NCBI RefSeq assembly: GCF_964204645.1
Contig: NC_134030.1
Location: 20,172,210-20,236,209 of the forward strand
From: Tubulanus polymorphus
Taxonomy: Eukaryota; Animalia; Nemertea
Length of the DNA: 64,000 nt
Direction: 5' to 3'
In this document: piece by piece, positions 1-13,665 of the stretch
Layout: each line of letters begins with the position of its first letter
Position numbering within the stretch: position 1 is the stretch's first letter
The notes under the pieces: model-generated
Told to the model about the DNA's origin: nothing
Database searches by the model: none
What the model saw: only the letters and a program-made list of their open reading frames with translations
Made by a program: the position numbers and the translations under genes

Positions 1-1329
1 TCCGTGTGGTCTTGGATAATCATGTATTTCTTTGAAGTGTCCCGAGTCAACAGAGTTAATTTAGCCTCGCAGTATCGGCAGCGATTAGATCATAATGTTG
101 TCAAGTTCGGGAATGGATGATCTAAAAAAAAATGACAATTTGATGTATTTTAACAAGTTTTGATACTGAATTCGGGAATCAATATTCAAATCCAGGTTAG
201 ATGTACCAGTCCTGAGCCCGAGATAGGACCTCATCAAGACGGTTATTAACCGCAAAGTTGGTCTATCTCGCCTGTAACGCTATTCACAGATCCATGAGTT
301 CAACTCACCGAAGTTCGCGTCGGGAACTTCCCGATCATCCCGCATCGTCAAGCTCAGATAGAGAGTCGCAGAGACAAGGACACAATATTAACAGCAACAG
401 TCGGCGTAGAATATCGCATCGTTTCTGATATTTTCATCAGGGATGATCATAGATTACCGGCTTTCTGTAAAATATAAACCGACAAGAACGTACAGAAAAA
501 CATGGAGAAAATATCTAAACATCCAACAATCCCGGTATTTGAATGCTCGAGACCGCCACTGGTATGCGACTTAACAAAGAGATGTGAGAAACGGAATTCT
601 CCCAATACAATATTTTTGGCAAGACTTATTCAACCGAACAAGTCGAAACAAACAAATTAAGCATTTCCTGCATCTCTATAATTCAAGAAATTTAGCATTT
701 TTGTAAATGTAGTAATTGAACTAGTATATCATTTAACAATAGGTGACGTGTAGATTGATATAAACTGGTCTCAAATATAATTTCAACTTACACGAATACG
801 GCCTATGTTTTATCCTACTGAATTAACAGCGACGCGAACCGCTCCTATCACCGAACAACCACCGTCTGACCAGATATCAGCTGACACACTCGGGTTTGGT
901 ACACCATGTATACGTGGTCATCGGAGCGGTGAATGTATTTCCAGGTCCAATAGTAAATCGAACAGGAGGAACGCCGACTCCGTGACGCTTATAGTACTAT
1001 CATACTATACAACGAATAAGACTATATGAAACTACAAGTAGTGCATTTTACTGAATGAAATCACGCAATTCGACATATAATTCAATATGAATAATGAAAA
1101 ACATTATAAATCTCATTTTCATCATGTCATGTAAGATTAGTATCTTACAACGTAGTAATTCACATACAAAACACCGTAAATAACGTCACTACGGCATGCT
1201 TTAAACCTGCCATACAGTCATTGAAATGCCCTAACACTGATATGTAGCGGACTTGGGTATATTGGAAAATTTGAAAAGTGTAGAAATTTATTTTTTCAAC
1301 ACCCGACTCACTTCACTCATATTACGTAC

Positions 1330-3465
1330 TTTTTTTTTAGTTAAGTTTATTTACTCCACAATTATACAATTGCACAGAGCACAAAATTAATTTACAATAG
1401 ACATTGCAACATTTAACATTAGAAATGTATTAAACATTTGCGTATATACAACGCCAATTTTTTAAGAGTTTGGCAATTTGAGTTGAACAAATCATACAAC
1501 TTTACGTTATTGGGGAATCTCCAATAACGCTCCGGGATATATCTAGCTCTGGATTCCTGGAAGTACGGGCAGACGAGTAAAAAGTGATATTCATCCCCCA
1601 CCGCCACTAAATCACACTTTTGGCACAGCCTATTGGCACGGGCAATTCCACGCCACCGCCCAACTTCCACCGGTAGCCTGTGAGCTGAGCATCTAAATCT
1701 ACATAAAGTTAACCGGTCCCTAGGGGTTAATTCAGTTAGATACTTTTCCATTTCGAAACGGCATTTGATTGTTAGATACGTAACAGCCATAGTGGAATCA
1801 GTAAGTTTTGCATGCCAGACTTGCATAAACTGATCCTGCAATCTCTGTTTAAGAATCAGACTCAAGTAATTCACGTTTGGAATATTTTGATTTTCCCAAA
1901 TATATCCGAGCCCATTTCGGAGCAAAATGTTCTTCACAGAATCCATCCAAGAGTTAGCTTTACCATCAATATAGCTATTATAAACACAACTGTAAACCTT
2001 TGACGATAATTTATCATCAGTTATTAATTTTGCCCAAAAATTTACAATTCTAAGCTGTACGTAAACTTCGAGAGGAAAACGACCCAGTTCTCCATAGACA
2101 AATGAGCTATTAGTAGATTTCTTTAACTTGAGTAAATATTTAAAAAATTTCAGCTGCACGCACTCAAGAACTCGGAGATTTTCGTAACCCCAAATTTCAC
2201 AACCAAATAATAGGATTGGTAATACCATGCTATCATATAACTTTAAACTAACATCAACGTCGAGTGAATATTCGCTAACCTTTTTTAAAACAGAGAACAT
2301 AGCCCGCTGTGCTTGGTTTGCTAACGCTTTTCGGCACTGAGCAAAAGACCCGGTATGGGAGAATAGTATACCCAAATACTTATAGTTATATACTAACTCC
2401 AACACTCGACCGTTTATATTAAACTCCGGAGGGTTTCGGAGTCTTCGTTTCGAGAATATCATTACTTTTGTTTTTTCGCAATTTATTTGTAACTTCCAAT
2501 CTTTGCAATAAACATGCAGGTTGTCAATCAATTTCTGAAGACCCTGTGGACTCTCGCTCATAAGTACTGTATCGTCTGCGTACATAAGGATCATCAATTT
2601 GACCCATGCATCATTACGCATGCGCAGATTTAGGGAGGGACAATTTTGAGCATCTAAATAGCCTTCCAGATCATTTAAAAATATTGAAAAGAGCACAGGG
2701 GACAAATTTTCTCCCTGTCTGACACCCATAAAACTTTCAAAGGCATCTGTTTTACTATCATTAGAAAATACACATGACTTGATGCCCTGGTACATGCTAC
2801 ATATTACATTTAGAACTTTGCCCGTAACACCACTATTGATCATCTTATGCCACAGAGCCTTTCTCCATATGCTATCAAAGGCACGTTTGTAATCTACAAA
2901 AATGCAGTAAAGCTTGCGATTACTATTCAAAAACATATCCACAAGTGACTTAAGGGAGTATATATGGTCCAGAATGCCGTGTTTTTGTCTGAAACCTGCT
3001 TGATTTTCCAGTAGTATATTGTTCGTCTCTAGGTAATTAGTTAGCCGGTTGTTGATGACACTAGTAAAAAGTTTGCCTACATTGCTCAACAAAGTCACGC
3101 CCCTATAGTTACTTGGGTCATCAGCACTACCCTTTTGTTTGAAAATAGGTATAATCATTCCGTTTAACCATGATTCGGGGATATTACCTGTATCAAGGAT
3201 ATTGTTAAAAAGACACATAAGTGTTGGTAGTAAACTCTCCTCGGCCGATTTTAAGAACTCGTTAGGGATTTTGTCCGTACCACAAGCCTTAAAGTTTTTT
3301 AATTTATTTATACTCTTTAATATTTCATCCCCGTTAATAGGTTGATTTAAAGGGGTTTGGTCATAGTTATTGCCGTTAAAGTCTTCGACGTTATGAAGCC
3401 GTGGTTCACTTCCATCAAGCACAGGACGCTCGTTCATAGATTTAAAGTGATTTAGAAATCTACTA
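1330..3465 (-). mobile_element. 5'-truncated non-LTR retrotransposon (RTE-X-like LINE)
   Basis: Contains the RT ORF. Minus-strand AATAAA (1346-1351) is followed by an A9 tail (T-run 1330-1338). The frame stays open only ~11 codons upstream of the ATG and there is no endonuclease domain, so the copy is 5' truncated. Clade is inferred from the C-terminal SAHRLPVEVGRW..CxxC..DEYHFLLVC motif. Confidence 0.85.
1419..3437 (-). CDS. Reverse transcriptase (LINE ORF2, endonuclease missing) with C-terminal CCHC-like motif
   Basis: RT motifs NYRGVTLLS, QAGFR, FVDYKRAFDSI, GVRQGENLSP, YADD, YKYLGI; uninterrupted 672-aa ORF. Confidence 0.95.
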   Translation of the reverse strand: MNERPVLDGSEPRLHNVEDFNGNNYDQTPLNQPINGDEILKSINKLKNFKACGTDKIPNEFLKSAEESLLPTLMCLFNNILDTGNIPESWLNGMIIPIFKQKGSADDPSNYRGVTLLSNVGKLFTSVINNRLTNYLETNNILLENQAGFRQKHGILDHIYSLKSLVDMFLNSNRKLYCIFVDYKRAFDSIWRKALWHKMINSGVTGKVLNVICSMYQGIKSCVFSNDSKTDAFESFMGVRQGENLSPVLFSIFLNDLEGYLDAQNCPSLNLRMRNDAWVKLMILMYADDTVLMSESPQGLQKLIDNLHVYCKDWKLQINCEKTKVMIFSKRRLRNPPEFNINGRVLELVYNYKYLGILFSHTGSFAQCRKALANQAQRAMFSVLKKVSEYSLDVDVSLKLYDSMVLPILLFGCEIWGYENLRVLECVQLKFFKYLLKLKKSTNSSFVYGELGRFPLEVYVQLRIVNFWAKLITDDKLSSKVYSCVYNSYIDGKANSWMDSVKNILLRNGLGYIWENQNIPNVNYLSLILKQRLQDQFMQVWHAKLTDSTMAVTYLTIKCRFEMEKYLTELTPRDRLTLCRFRCSAHRLPVEVGRWRGIARANRLCQKCDLVAVGDEYHFLLVCPYFQESRARYIPERYWRFPNNVKLYDLFNSNCQTLKKLALYIRKCLIHF

Positions 3466-4865
3466 TCTACCTAAGAATGGCTACACGACAGTTCAAGCAA
3501 TTAAAACCCAACCAGCTCTGAGCTGAGTCATTGCATTGATTAAAACACTTTCGTTGGAGAATACTTTTGGTGAACGCTTTTTGTTCATTTTTTATGATTA
3601 TGACTTTTCCAGAATTACAAACATCTGAATTTAAATCATTAAAATAATATTACTTATATAATTACTTAAGCTTCTGTTTATATATAATATTCGTTTTGTT
3701 TATTCATACTCCTCGAGTGGCTAACCATATTTTTGTACGCGCAGCAGGTGAATAGCCTGCGTGTGACCGATATGAATTCAAAAATTTCAACTGTATAATA
3801 CAGAAACCCGATGCGTTATTGTCTGCATCGCATCGAAGCTGGTCCATCTCTCTAAGACTTGCCTGTCACACAATATGGGTTTCTGCCTGGCCCATCATAT
3901 TACAACCCATCTGAATAAGTTTATTCGGTGGCGGATCCAGGAAGAAAGACACTCTAAATATTTGGATGGATATATGAAAGCTGTGGGTACTGGAGTGTGT
4001 AATGGGTAGTGTAGTGTGATCTGTGTGCATTTGTGACCAGCACACAGATCACATTGTTCATTGGGGTTTGGTCCAGGACTCGCGAGATTTTCAACAACAC
4101 GGAAGTTACGTGTAATAAATCATGACTTGAATTGCATGACTACCTACCACCCCTCATTATTGTTGGAAAACTAAACGTTCGGCACTGACTAAAAATTAGT
4201 AATAACATTTTAGAAATGGCCCGAATTTTAACTTAGGTTCTATCTCATTTTTATTTCACAATTGCGATTGGTATCATTTATTTTTTAAACGGCCGTTAAG
4301 GCTTCATGTTTCGTCTGCAATTCACTGCAAATAGTTACGCAACTACGCACATTTCAGTGTTTTTGGCAGCTGTACACTCAATCGGCACCGTTCGTGACTA
4401 GCTTCACTGCGGAATTATCATTAATTAACATCGCCATATCACATCATCAACTTATATTGTGCCTTAAAACCCTAACAGCCGAAATAATTGAAATGCACAC
4501 ACGATTTCTATCATTGAAAATTGAGAGTGGCCATGTTTGTGTTTGCTGCTTTGCGTAAATCCCGCGCGGTGGCGCCACCGCGCGGAGTGGGGCCGATACG
4601 TCCAGAATTTTTTGAAGATTGGGTGCTCTTCTGGTCAAGAAATGTTTTTAAAAAACTGGTCCATTTTTCATGCATATTCCGAGCATTTTTAATCGTTAGT
4701 TTTTAACGATTAGCACTGGTTAATCATCTCATATATTCGAAATGTTGGTACTTTGAGATGCAGCATCGAAACATTTATAATACGGCAAATGATCTGCGCC
4801 TGTTTATAGCTGATCCGATCACAGACGCGCCTCTGCCATGCCTTCTTTCAATATTTAGGATTTAG

Positions 4866-5999
4866 CTAACTTTTTCGGGAACTATTCCATCGAAACATCG
4901 ATTTCAGGTGATTTCGAAAGCGACGCCTCGAAGCGCAATAAATGATGAAATTACTAGAGGCCACGATCATTCGAACTATGTTTTGAAATGTATTCAAAAT
5001 AGCAGCCGATGAGCCTTTGCCAATTTTACCATTTAGAGTTAAAATAAGATTGATTATCGCGGCTCTGAGGACAACAGCTTTTTTCACTAGATACAAAATA
5101 GAAATGAGAACTAACGCCAGAGTTAGACTACGGTCATTGCTGCTGCTGTTGTTGCTGCTAGAAATTTGATTGCTAGTCGACATAGTTTCTCTCGCTGCTC
5201 CTGCGCGTCTCAACGTGAAAATCAGTCGGATAGTTATCAGAACCACTATAACTGTCGGGATAATAGTAAAAAGAGGTGCTCTGATAAACGCGCCGTAGAA
5301 TCTCAAATACTTGTTTTTACCGAATTGAGTAAATTTCTGAGTCCATCTCTCGTGTCCAGTGCACGCGTTAGTGGAGCGACGAGTATAATACAAGAAAAAT
5401 GCCCTAGACTGATCACAAATTGAGATCATCAAAATAGTTGTGGCGTAAATATAACTTTTCTTTAAGCTTATAATTCCCGAAGCCTTCAGAGGCCAACAGA
5501 CAACGATATACCGGTCAATAGCTATCAACAACGTTACCAGATCACTGAGACCTGAAAAGAAGTTACGAATGTTTCTTGTGTATGGAAACATGCGCTTCAT
5601 GGCGTGGTTTATTTCAGCGGTCATGTCCAGTAACAGCGTGTGACTGTAGAGCCGATACTGGAAGTCGACAACAATAAAAGACACACAAATAAACATGTCC
5701 GCAATAGCCATAAGTCTCAAATAAAATATACTGTTGTTGCTAGTACGGTCTTTGCTGAGAATGATAAAGGACAGTAAATTTGAACTAAAACCGAATAAGG
5801 CAATGCCGAAAACGACATAAGTTGTGACCTGTATTAAAAGATTGACGTGTAACGGTTTGTAATCAGCGTGATGGATGTATTCACACCGCGGATGAGGTCT
5901 AAACCCTGCCTCCTCAGCGCTGGGTGTTGGATCCGAACCGTTGAGGTCGAGAAACCGAGCGTCAAGAGACTCGTTTCCTGGTATCATTTCTGCATTCAT
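4866..5999 (-). CDS. Intronless class A (rhodopsin-like) GPCR, FMRFamide/sex-peptide-receptor-like group
   Basis: Seven hydrophobic segments; LMAIADM (TM2), IAIDRYIVVCWPLKA (TM3/ICL2), NFIIYC..RRRFR (TM7/helix 8). Confidence 0.9.
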   Translation of the reverse strand: MNAEMIPGNESLDARFLDLNGSDPTPSAEEAGFRPHPRCEYIHHADYKPLHVNLLIQVTTYVVFGIALFGFSSNLLSFIILSKDRTSNNSIFYLRLMAIADMFICVSFIVVDFQYRLYSHTLLLDMTAEINHAMKRMFPYTRNIRNFFSGLSDLVTLLIAIDRYIVVCWPLKASGIISLKKSYIYATTILMISICDQSRAFFLYYTRRSTNACTGHERWTQKFTQFGKNKYLRFYGAFIRAPLFTIIPTVIVVLITIRLIFTLRRAGAARETMSTSNQISSSNNSSSNDRSLTLALVLISILYLVKKAVVLRAAIINLILTLNGKIGKGSSAAILNTFQNIVRMIVASSNFIIYCASRRRFRNHLKSMFRWNSSRKS

Positions 6000-6407
6000 T
6001 TCAGTCTATATTCGGATAAAATGTCCAGTTACTTCCATGCGTACCTCGCGACCAGTAACATGAATTTGGCGTTTTCCTCGATATAATTGATAACGATACC
6101 GTCAGGAATGCGAAGCAATTTAATTCAATATCAAGAGCGAGTATGATGTGACAAGATACTTTTTGAAAAAGCTTGAATTACCAATTACGCAACTATGTAA
6201 CTCGACCATCAAGAACGAGGTAACCGTACAGTATACACATCTATAGCAACTGTCGGCCACAGTTGTGTAGATATAGGAGCGAAATAATATTTCGAGTGTC
6301 TCTGTCTTCAAGAGAAGCCTCAAAACACATTTGTTTTCACCACATTAGATTTATTCAGTAATAAAGTGTCATTGATCACTTAAGTGGATTCTGGCACTTA
6401 AAATACC

Positions 6408-6776
<369 letters not shown>

Positions 6777-9700
6777 TCTAAATTCATGCACGAAAATTTG
6801 AAAATTCAAGCTTCATTTCGTGCAGATAACACGTTAATTGACGTGTTATTAGTTAATTTATCGTGCTCACTATCTAAACATTATTGTTCTTATCATTTTC
6901 AATTTTTCTTTTTTTCATGTGTTCTGGTGATGTAATTGCTCCAGGACCTCGGCTTGACGATCATAAAATGATATCCGAGGTTCTGATGAATGTCATATTA
7001 TGAATGTATATTTGTACTTTGATAATCGTCAAAATAAATCAAATCAGTTTATAATGATTAAACCGATCTCTGAATTTTTATCAGTTCATTTTACCAGACT
7101 TACCCGTCCGTCTTTAAGACCGACAACATCGAAAAAGTTGAGGTGACGAGTCGGAAATTATTTCACGATCGCGAATCGGTCCCTGCATGCGCTACCAAAA
7201 ACGGAAGTAAACCTAGTATTACGAATTTCAGTAAATCTAACAATATTCCCTTAGGGTAATACAAAACGTTCGTTGAAAGAAATTACGTGGTCTCGATAAA
7301 CTACGAAAACGTCAAATGTTGCAAAAGTTCAGCAGGCTTTGCAAACAATCGGTCTGCGTAGCGCTCCGGAACACCCGAGCATCCTGCACACAGGCAACAC
7401 TATTTTTCCTGTAACATATTTGACGAGTTTCTAAAACACAAATACTTGGAAAATAGGTTTCCTATTAGAAGATACTTCTAAGCGCTTATCAGCCATCTGA
7501 AATCATACATATTTCCTTTCACTGCACGTTCGTCGCCGATCTCTCCCCCTCGCCTTCGAATATCGATTTCCGTTCGAAGTTCCACGCTATAGAATAATAC
7601 GTGATTTCCTAGTTTTCGCTACTATTGAATCGGATGTCACTAGCACATGTTCACTTCTTAATTCAGCCACACCTCGATAAACAATCAACGTGTTTTGATT
7701 GAGAACTATTTCTCTAATCGAGTATAATTCACCAGGCGTTTATTTGAAGTGCTGCAAGCACTTGTTCGAACATCTTGTAGATCGGAACAAAGTGTTTATC
7801 GGATCATTCAATTTTTTTCCGAAAAGCAAATATATACAGTCTTATAACAAGCTGTTAATACAGAAATCTATAGATGTAAACATAGAACTAAGGAACATAG
7901 AGCTTCATTTCCTATCGCCAGCGCCATTTTCCCTCAAAGGATAGCTGTGTGTTAGTTTGGGCATCACTGCTCGCTTGACGATGACAAGGTAAGGGCGTCG
8001 GTATTCGCTATGTCCGCGGAAAACGATGTTCGCTATTTCCAGGCTGTGCTTCGATATGATTCTACTGTCTTCGATGTTGACCAGCCGAAGGTTACGTTGA
8101 AATTTTATCATTTCCGATATTTTCTAATTCCAGGACAATCGTTATCTTCGGATATCTGATATACAGCTTGCTTTACCTGGGAACCCGAGGCAAGCCGGAA
8201 AATGCAACCATAACCAACCTGAAGTCAGCAAACAAACGGGTTCGTCGAGACACATGAACAACTTTAACTTGATGTGATTTTGATTGAGATGAAATTCAAA
8301 AATTATATACCCGAATTATTTCGGATAAACCTAATCTTTTGCAAATTTTGTTCATCTTAGGTGAAATATTAAAATTGCATGATTTGGTTTTGTTCCAGTC
8401 ACAATCATTGAACGGTTTTCTTTTTAATCAAGACATTTGAATTTGTATCCAGGGAAGGTTTGGGAATATACATCGAGATTGACCTGCATTTTCAATACGC
8501 AGCAATTTGATTCTTTATCATTTACAGGCGCTGCATGGAAAATGTAAGTCATTTACCGTAGCGTGCCTCTCTAAATCGCCGTCCCAATGTGAATCCTGTG
8601 ACCAGGTCAGTCTAAAGTGGAAAAATGACGCCCTTGATCTTGACGGTATTTGCCAAACAACTTGTGTTGGGTCGGACGTGTCTTGTGAAAATCTTCCAGC
8701 GGAACGATTCAATCGCCGTTCACTTACGGTAGGCATAATTCATCAAAGAACGAAGGTTTACATAAAATGATACCTTTTCCTCCTATTGGGCCGGGTTATT
8801 TTATAATCCACAAGCAGTTCGTAATCTGATCACATCTAAAGCTGCCGAATCAATAGATAGATTGATCATGACCTTTTGAAAAGTAATGTACAAGGTAGAC
8901 AGGCGGCCGGCTCAACTTTTATGCTCAGCAAAAATGAGAAAAACAATGTATCAAGTCTTAAAACTAACTTCCTTCGTTTTTTTTGCTTAACGCCGTTCCA
9001 ATCCCGTTTTCCTAACCCTATTGGGTTGGTGCATTCGACTTGACGACTGGGCTGCGGCTTATGAATTATGCCCGCGCTCTGTAAGCAGCCAGCAGGGCTC
9101 GAACCCGCTTGCCATTCCGCACTTACTATACTTAAAACGACTACAATAGAATTATGCCTCATTCCACTTTGCTCAGACAACCATTCGTTTACGGCGGTGA
9201 CCTAATTAAACTGTTCCTTGAGATTGATGCCGGTTACTATAGTCATTATCCCTGCCCGAGGGATATATTGCAAAAAGGTACAACAGTTAAAAAACTACAA
9301 ACTACCTAGCTTTGGTGTTAATTCAGCATCGCTGTCAAAAAGTATAGGCTGTACGTATTTGACGGTAAGGACCAGCTGTAGACCTAACTTCTTGTACACA
9401 TTTTGCAATGATGCAATGCATTTCCACACCAACGATTAAAACGGCCTGGATGCAAACACTTACTCTTAAAAGGGTTTACTCTCAAAACAATTCATTCGTT
9501 GATAACTGGTTTGAAATTCAAACGCGCTTTTAGAAATCACATATTACAGTGCAGAGTGATCCCGTCTTGAAATATACGACTGTTGTCAATAAAGAATTAC
9601 GCAAGATTTCGTGACGTCTTACGCCAAATCACTAGGCGTTGTCGTAACCGATAGGTTGGGGAGGGTCTCTGATCAAAGCTGTATGGCCATTTCGATTGTA

Positions 9701-12466
9701 TATCGTATATAATATCTGATTACAGTTTGACTTAATGAACCTTATTTTGGGCAAATGAGACCTGGACCGCTTCGTCAGTGTATATATTAAGCACTATTTG
9801 TATCCGACAATGGTCGACTCCAACACTAACTCCTGACATCCACAAATAAGACTAGGACGGACCCGGTCAGTATTTTGCTATATAACTCTCCATTTTCTAT
9901 TTTCCAGGTTAGCGCCAATGATTTACGATTCATTCTGATCGACTACGAAATCTCGACAATCAGACCAGGCAGAAATCAGGAAATGTTGCATAACCTTTAT
10001 GAAGTACACAGTTTACATTAACAGTAAAGGCCATTTGCATCCATATTCGATGTATTGTATCAAATTCAGGAGGAGGGGAGTGCTGTCTTCTTATTAAAGA
10101 TATTGCAGGCATATACCTTAAGTATCTTGAATTGATATTCTGGAGATGGTAGATCTAGTAGGTACGGGCTATTGCTGGTAGTCGTCATGATAAATGACAG
10201 TCCAGGATTTGGGTTGACAGTTGGTTACGTATAGCTGAAACGAATTTTCGACTGCGCTGCAAATTCGCGATGATTCGCATAGTCAGCACCGTAGCTTCGG
10301 AGCTTAGGTTTGAACGTGGATGACGTTGGTGGTATACATGAGATGTAGTTAGTACAATATCCGGTTGATTCGAGTACCTGAGTTTTGTAATGGGCGGCTC
10401 CCGGTAGCGTAACGGAGGACATATTTAAAAATCGTCGTTCGCTTCGGAAGATTTTCTGGAAGCGAGCACTGTGTAGTGCTGTGATGTTTGGGGATACGTT
10501 CTATGAGAAACAAGGTTTATTTTGTCGGCCTGGAGAAATAGTATTTATAGCAAATAGTGTTTGTCGATAAGTATTTAGCGATACTGTCGTGGACAGAATG
10601 AATGAGTTGTAAAAGGTTTGGAAATTGAAGGGAATACGTCGAGTAAAAATCGTTTTCAAACGAAGTTTTTATCATACGAGTATTTCAGACATAAAATTTT
10701 TGGAAGGACTGCAGAGCTGACTGAAAATGGTGAAGCATTGAATGCAAAAGATGGCAGAAAAATGAAGTAGGTGAAAACGTTGTATGACAAAACATTTTTT
10801 TCTAAAATTGATAAGCTTCAACAAACAAAAAATTCAGCTCAATTTATTCATCTACAAAAATGTATGCATTATAAGAAACTGTTACAGATATTTACGCCAC
10901 TGTCATTGCGTAAGACATGTATTCATAAATTCAACCACGAGTAAAAACGACGAAACAATGCCCCGAATAACATCGATGTTTTACTACTAGCAATGTTTTA
11001 AATAAAAAGTCCAAAATGTATTACATTGAGAAAAATGAAGTGGTTCTTGAAATATTCTACTAAACAGGGCTACTTAAAGATGAAATTCACTTTTCTTTCA
11101 TTATCATTATCAATCCCTGTAAGGTCAAAATTCAAAAAGTCAAAAGTCAAAATAAAGTCTAAATAGTACAATTTGATTACCTCAATATATACAGTAATTT
11201 TCTCCGAGTAAAATACATCCGTGGTAGGATACAAAATTAATATATAATGCATAGAAGTACTAGTTGATATGAAGAATGTGTTTTGACAGCAGCTTTTCGT
11301 GAGAACATGGCGCCCAAACGATCGAGGATCGTCACATTTAAGGATTAGTCGGATAATGAAGTTAGCAGGTTCCGCATTTGGCATTGATTCCAGCATTCGA
11401 TTCTGATTGGCTCAATTCAACAAGACATATCTGATTAAGAATTAAGCGGAAAAATTCATTTTCAAAGAAGTTATTTTGCTTCTCAACTTTTCATCATATT
11501 GTTGCAGGATATGGATGATATTAAGGTTACGGTAACGTTCTCCGGTGACTGGTAAAAATTCTTTTTGAAATGCGTGTATACAATTTACGAATGACCAATC
11601 TTAGCGACCTCAGTAGATCAATGGGATAAGGCGTGTTGCTGTTGCCTCCACTATCGGTGCCGAGTGACAAGCGGGTTTGAGTCCCTGCTGGCTGCTTACA
11701 ATGCGTGGGCAACACATCTATGGCTTTTATGAGGTTGAACAAGAAGAACCTCACTAAATTAACTTCAAAAGTATAAGTTGTGTCGGTTTTGAGTACGTAG
11801 TTCTAAGTACGAATCGTAGTTGCCCTGAGCGGCACGTAATGATCTCACCTAAGCTCGCGACCCTGAATTTCAATATCACCCAAAATACACCCCTATGCGC
11901 GTATAGGGTTAGGGTTATACTCGGTTCCTGGAATTGATGCGATAGGACAGTATAACAAATCTTTCTTCGACTCTCGACTTCGTCACCATTTCGACCGTGT
12001 AGAATGTGTATCTGGTTGAATTTGACCACTCAAGGCTACGTACAGGACGTGCTGATTCGCATATCTGAGACTAGTGGTAACGTCGCACCTAGAAAAAGAA
12101 CATATTTGATTGAAATTAATCCGAGACAGTCTAAGTGAATTATCGGTGTCTGAGCCATGCGTGTCATGAGCCCTGTCGACAAAACGGGTTTAAGACATTA
12201 AGTATTTTTGATATTCGATGTATTCAATGCGTCTGGGAGTTTGTGCGCCTGGAACACTGAATAAAAGACCCTTGAGATTAGAGCGAAGAAAATATTACGA
12301 GACGAAACTTCCTCGTCAGCAGTTGGGGGGGGGGGTGTGGGCAGTGAATACAACATATGAATATAGGGGATATTGATGAAATCCCTGTTCTCACAGCGAT
12401 CAAGTAGAAAAACTAAATGTTATCCATAAACACATGAACGAAATTTACAAGTCACGTTCTTCCCGG

Positions 12467-12737
<271 letters not shown>

Positions 12738-13516
12738 TCGTGTGGTAGTATCTCGTTTGGATGCCTGGGTTTTGCCATTCATATTGCAAAACTGCTTGCG
12801 ATTAGAACTCCGTATAAGCAAGCCCCTTGAGACGACCCTTCAGAATTTCTAGTTAAACAATTCCAGGTGTAGACGTATTGATTATTGGCCACTTACTTAT
12901 CGATTGTGGCGTTACATTGGTAATAAAGACACGTGTTGTATTCGTGGTCGCAACAAGAATCACCGAACTCGATAGTCGTTAGAAAACTCAAACATGGCTG
13001 TAAGAATTCCCGTTCACACTTTTCGATACAGAAAGCGCCCTCTTTCGACAGCTCTGCCTTACTATTAGCATCTGTAATGACAAAAGCACGTTAATAAAAA
13101 TGTGTTCATTTTCAAATCATTACAAGTACGAAATCGGGCCCGAGCCGAGCTTTTTTTAATGGGAAGTTTTATTTCAAGAAAAAGGGCAATTTTTACCCCG
13201 AGAAGGGGCACCTTACTATTGAAAATGGGTATATCTAAAATATGAAGTGCCCGCTGAACAAATTATTTGAGAACGATTTGCTTTTCATTTTCCGAAAAAT
13301 GCATGAAAATTGTATTCAAATTTGGCAAAATCTTGACCCAAGTTTTTGAAGGGGACCTTTAGGGGGTTCGTTCGCTGTTTAGTCAGAAAGAACACCGGTG
13401 ATTTTGTATCGACAACCGGCAGTTAAATAACCGATCATAATTAGTTCAATAGTATTAGAAGTAGGCTGAAGTGAAAACTTACCTGGCGCTAGCGGGCGCG
13501 CGTGAGGCGGTGTTTT

Positions 13517-13665
13517 ATTTCAGGAAATGAATTGTGGAAACAGCCAATCAAATCCACGGATATCCACAATTCATTTCCTGAAATTTCCTGAAATTGACCA
13601 ATCGCTGTGCTTGTTAGCGATGACGTAATTTCGGGATATACCGTTGACGAGCGCCATATTTGATT
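13517..13665 (+). promoter_or_regulatory. Putative transposase promoter
   Basis: Perfect 22-bp inverted repeat (13517-13538 / 13563-13584) with a CCAAT box in the loop, a second CCAAT (~13598), CRE-like TGACGT (13621) and YY1-like CGCCATATT (~13652). A non-coding exon follows, with donor cac|gtaagt at 13753/13754. Confidence 0.6.

Noticed and set aside
1300-3480. TSD around the LINE
   Set aside because: No convincing direct repeat found at the two ends.
9900-10760. Possible decayed LINE endonuclease region (GGGECCLLIK)
   Set aside because: Too degenerate to support by eye.
13475-13640. A genuine U1 snRNA gene
   Set aside because: Only the first ~14 nt match. There is no stem-loop I (GATCACGAAG) or Sm site on either side of the element, so it is better explained as a minus-strand splice donor.
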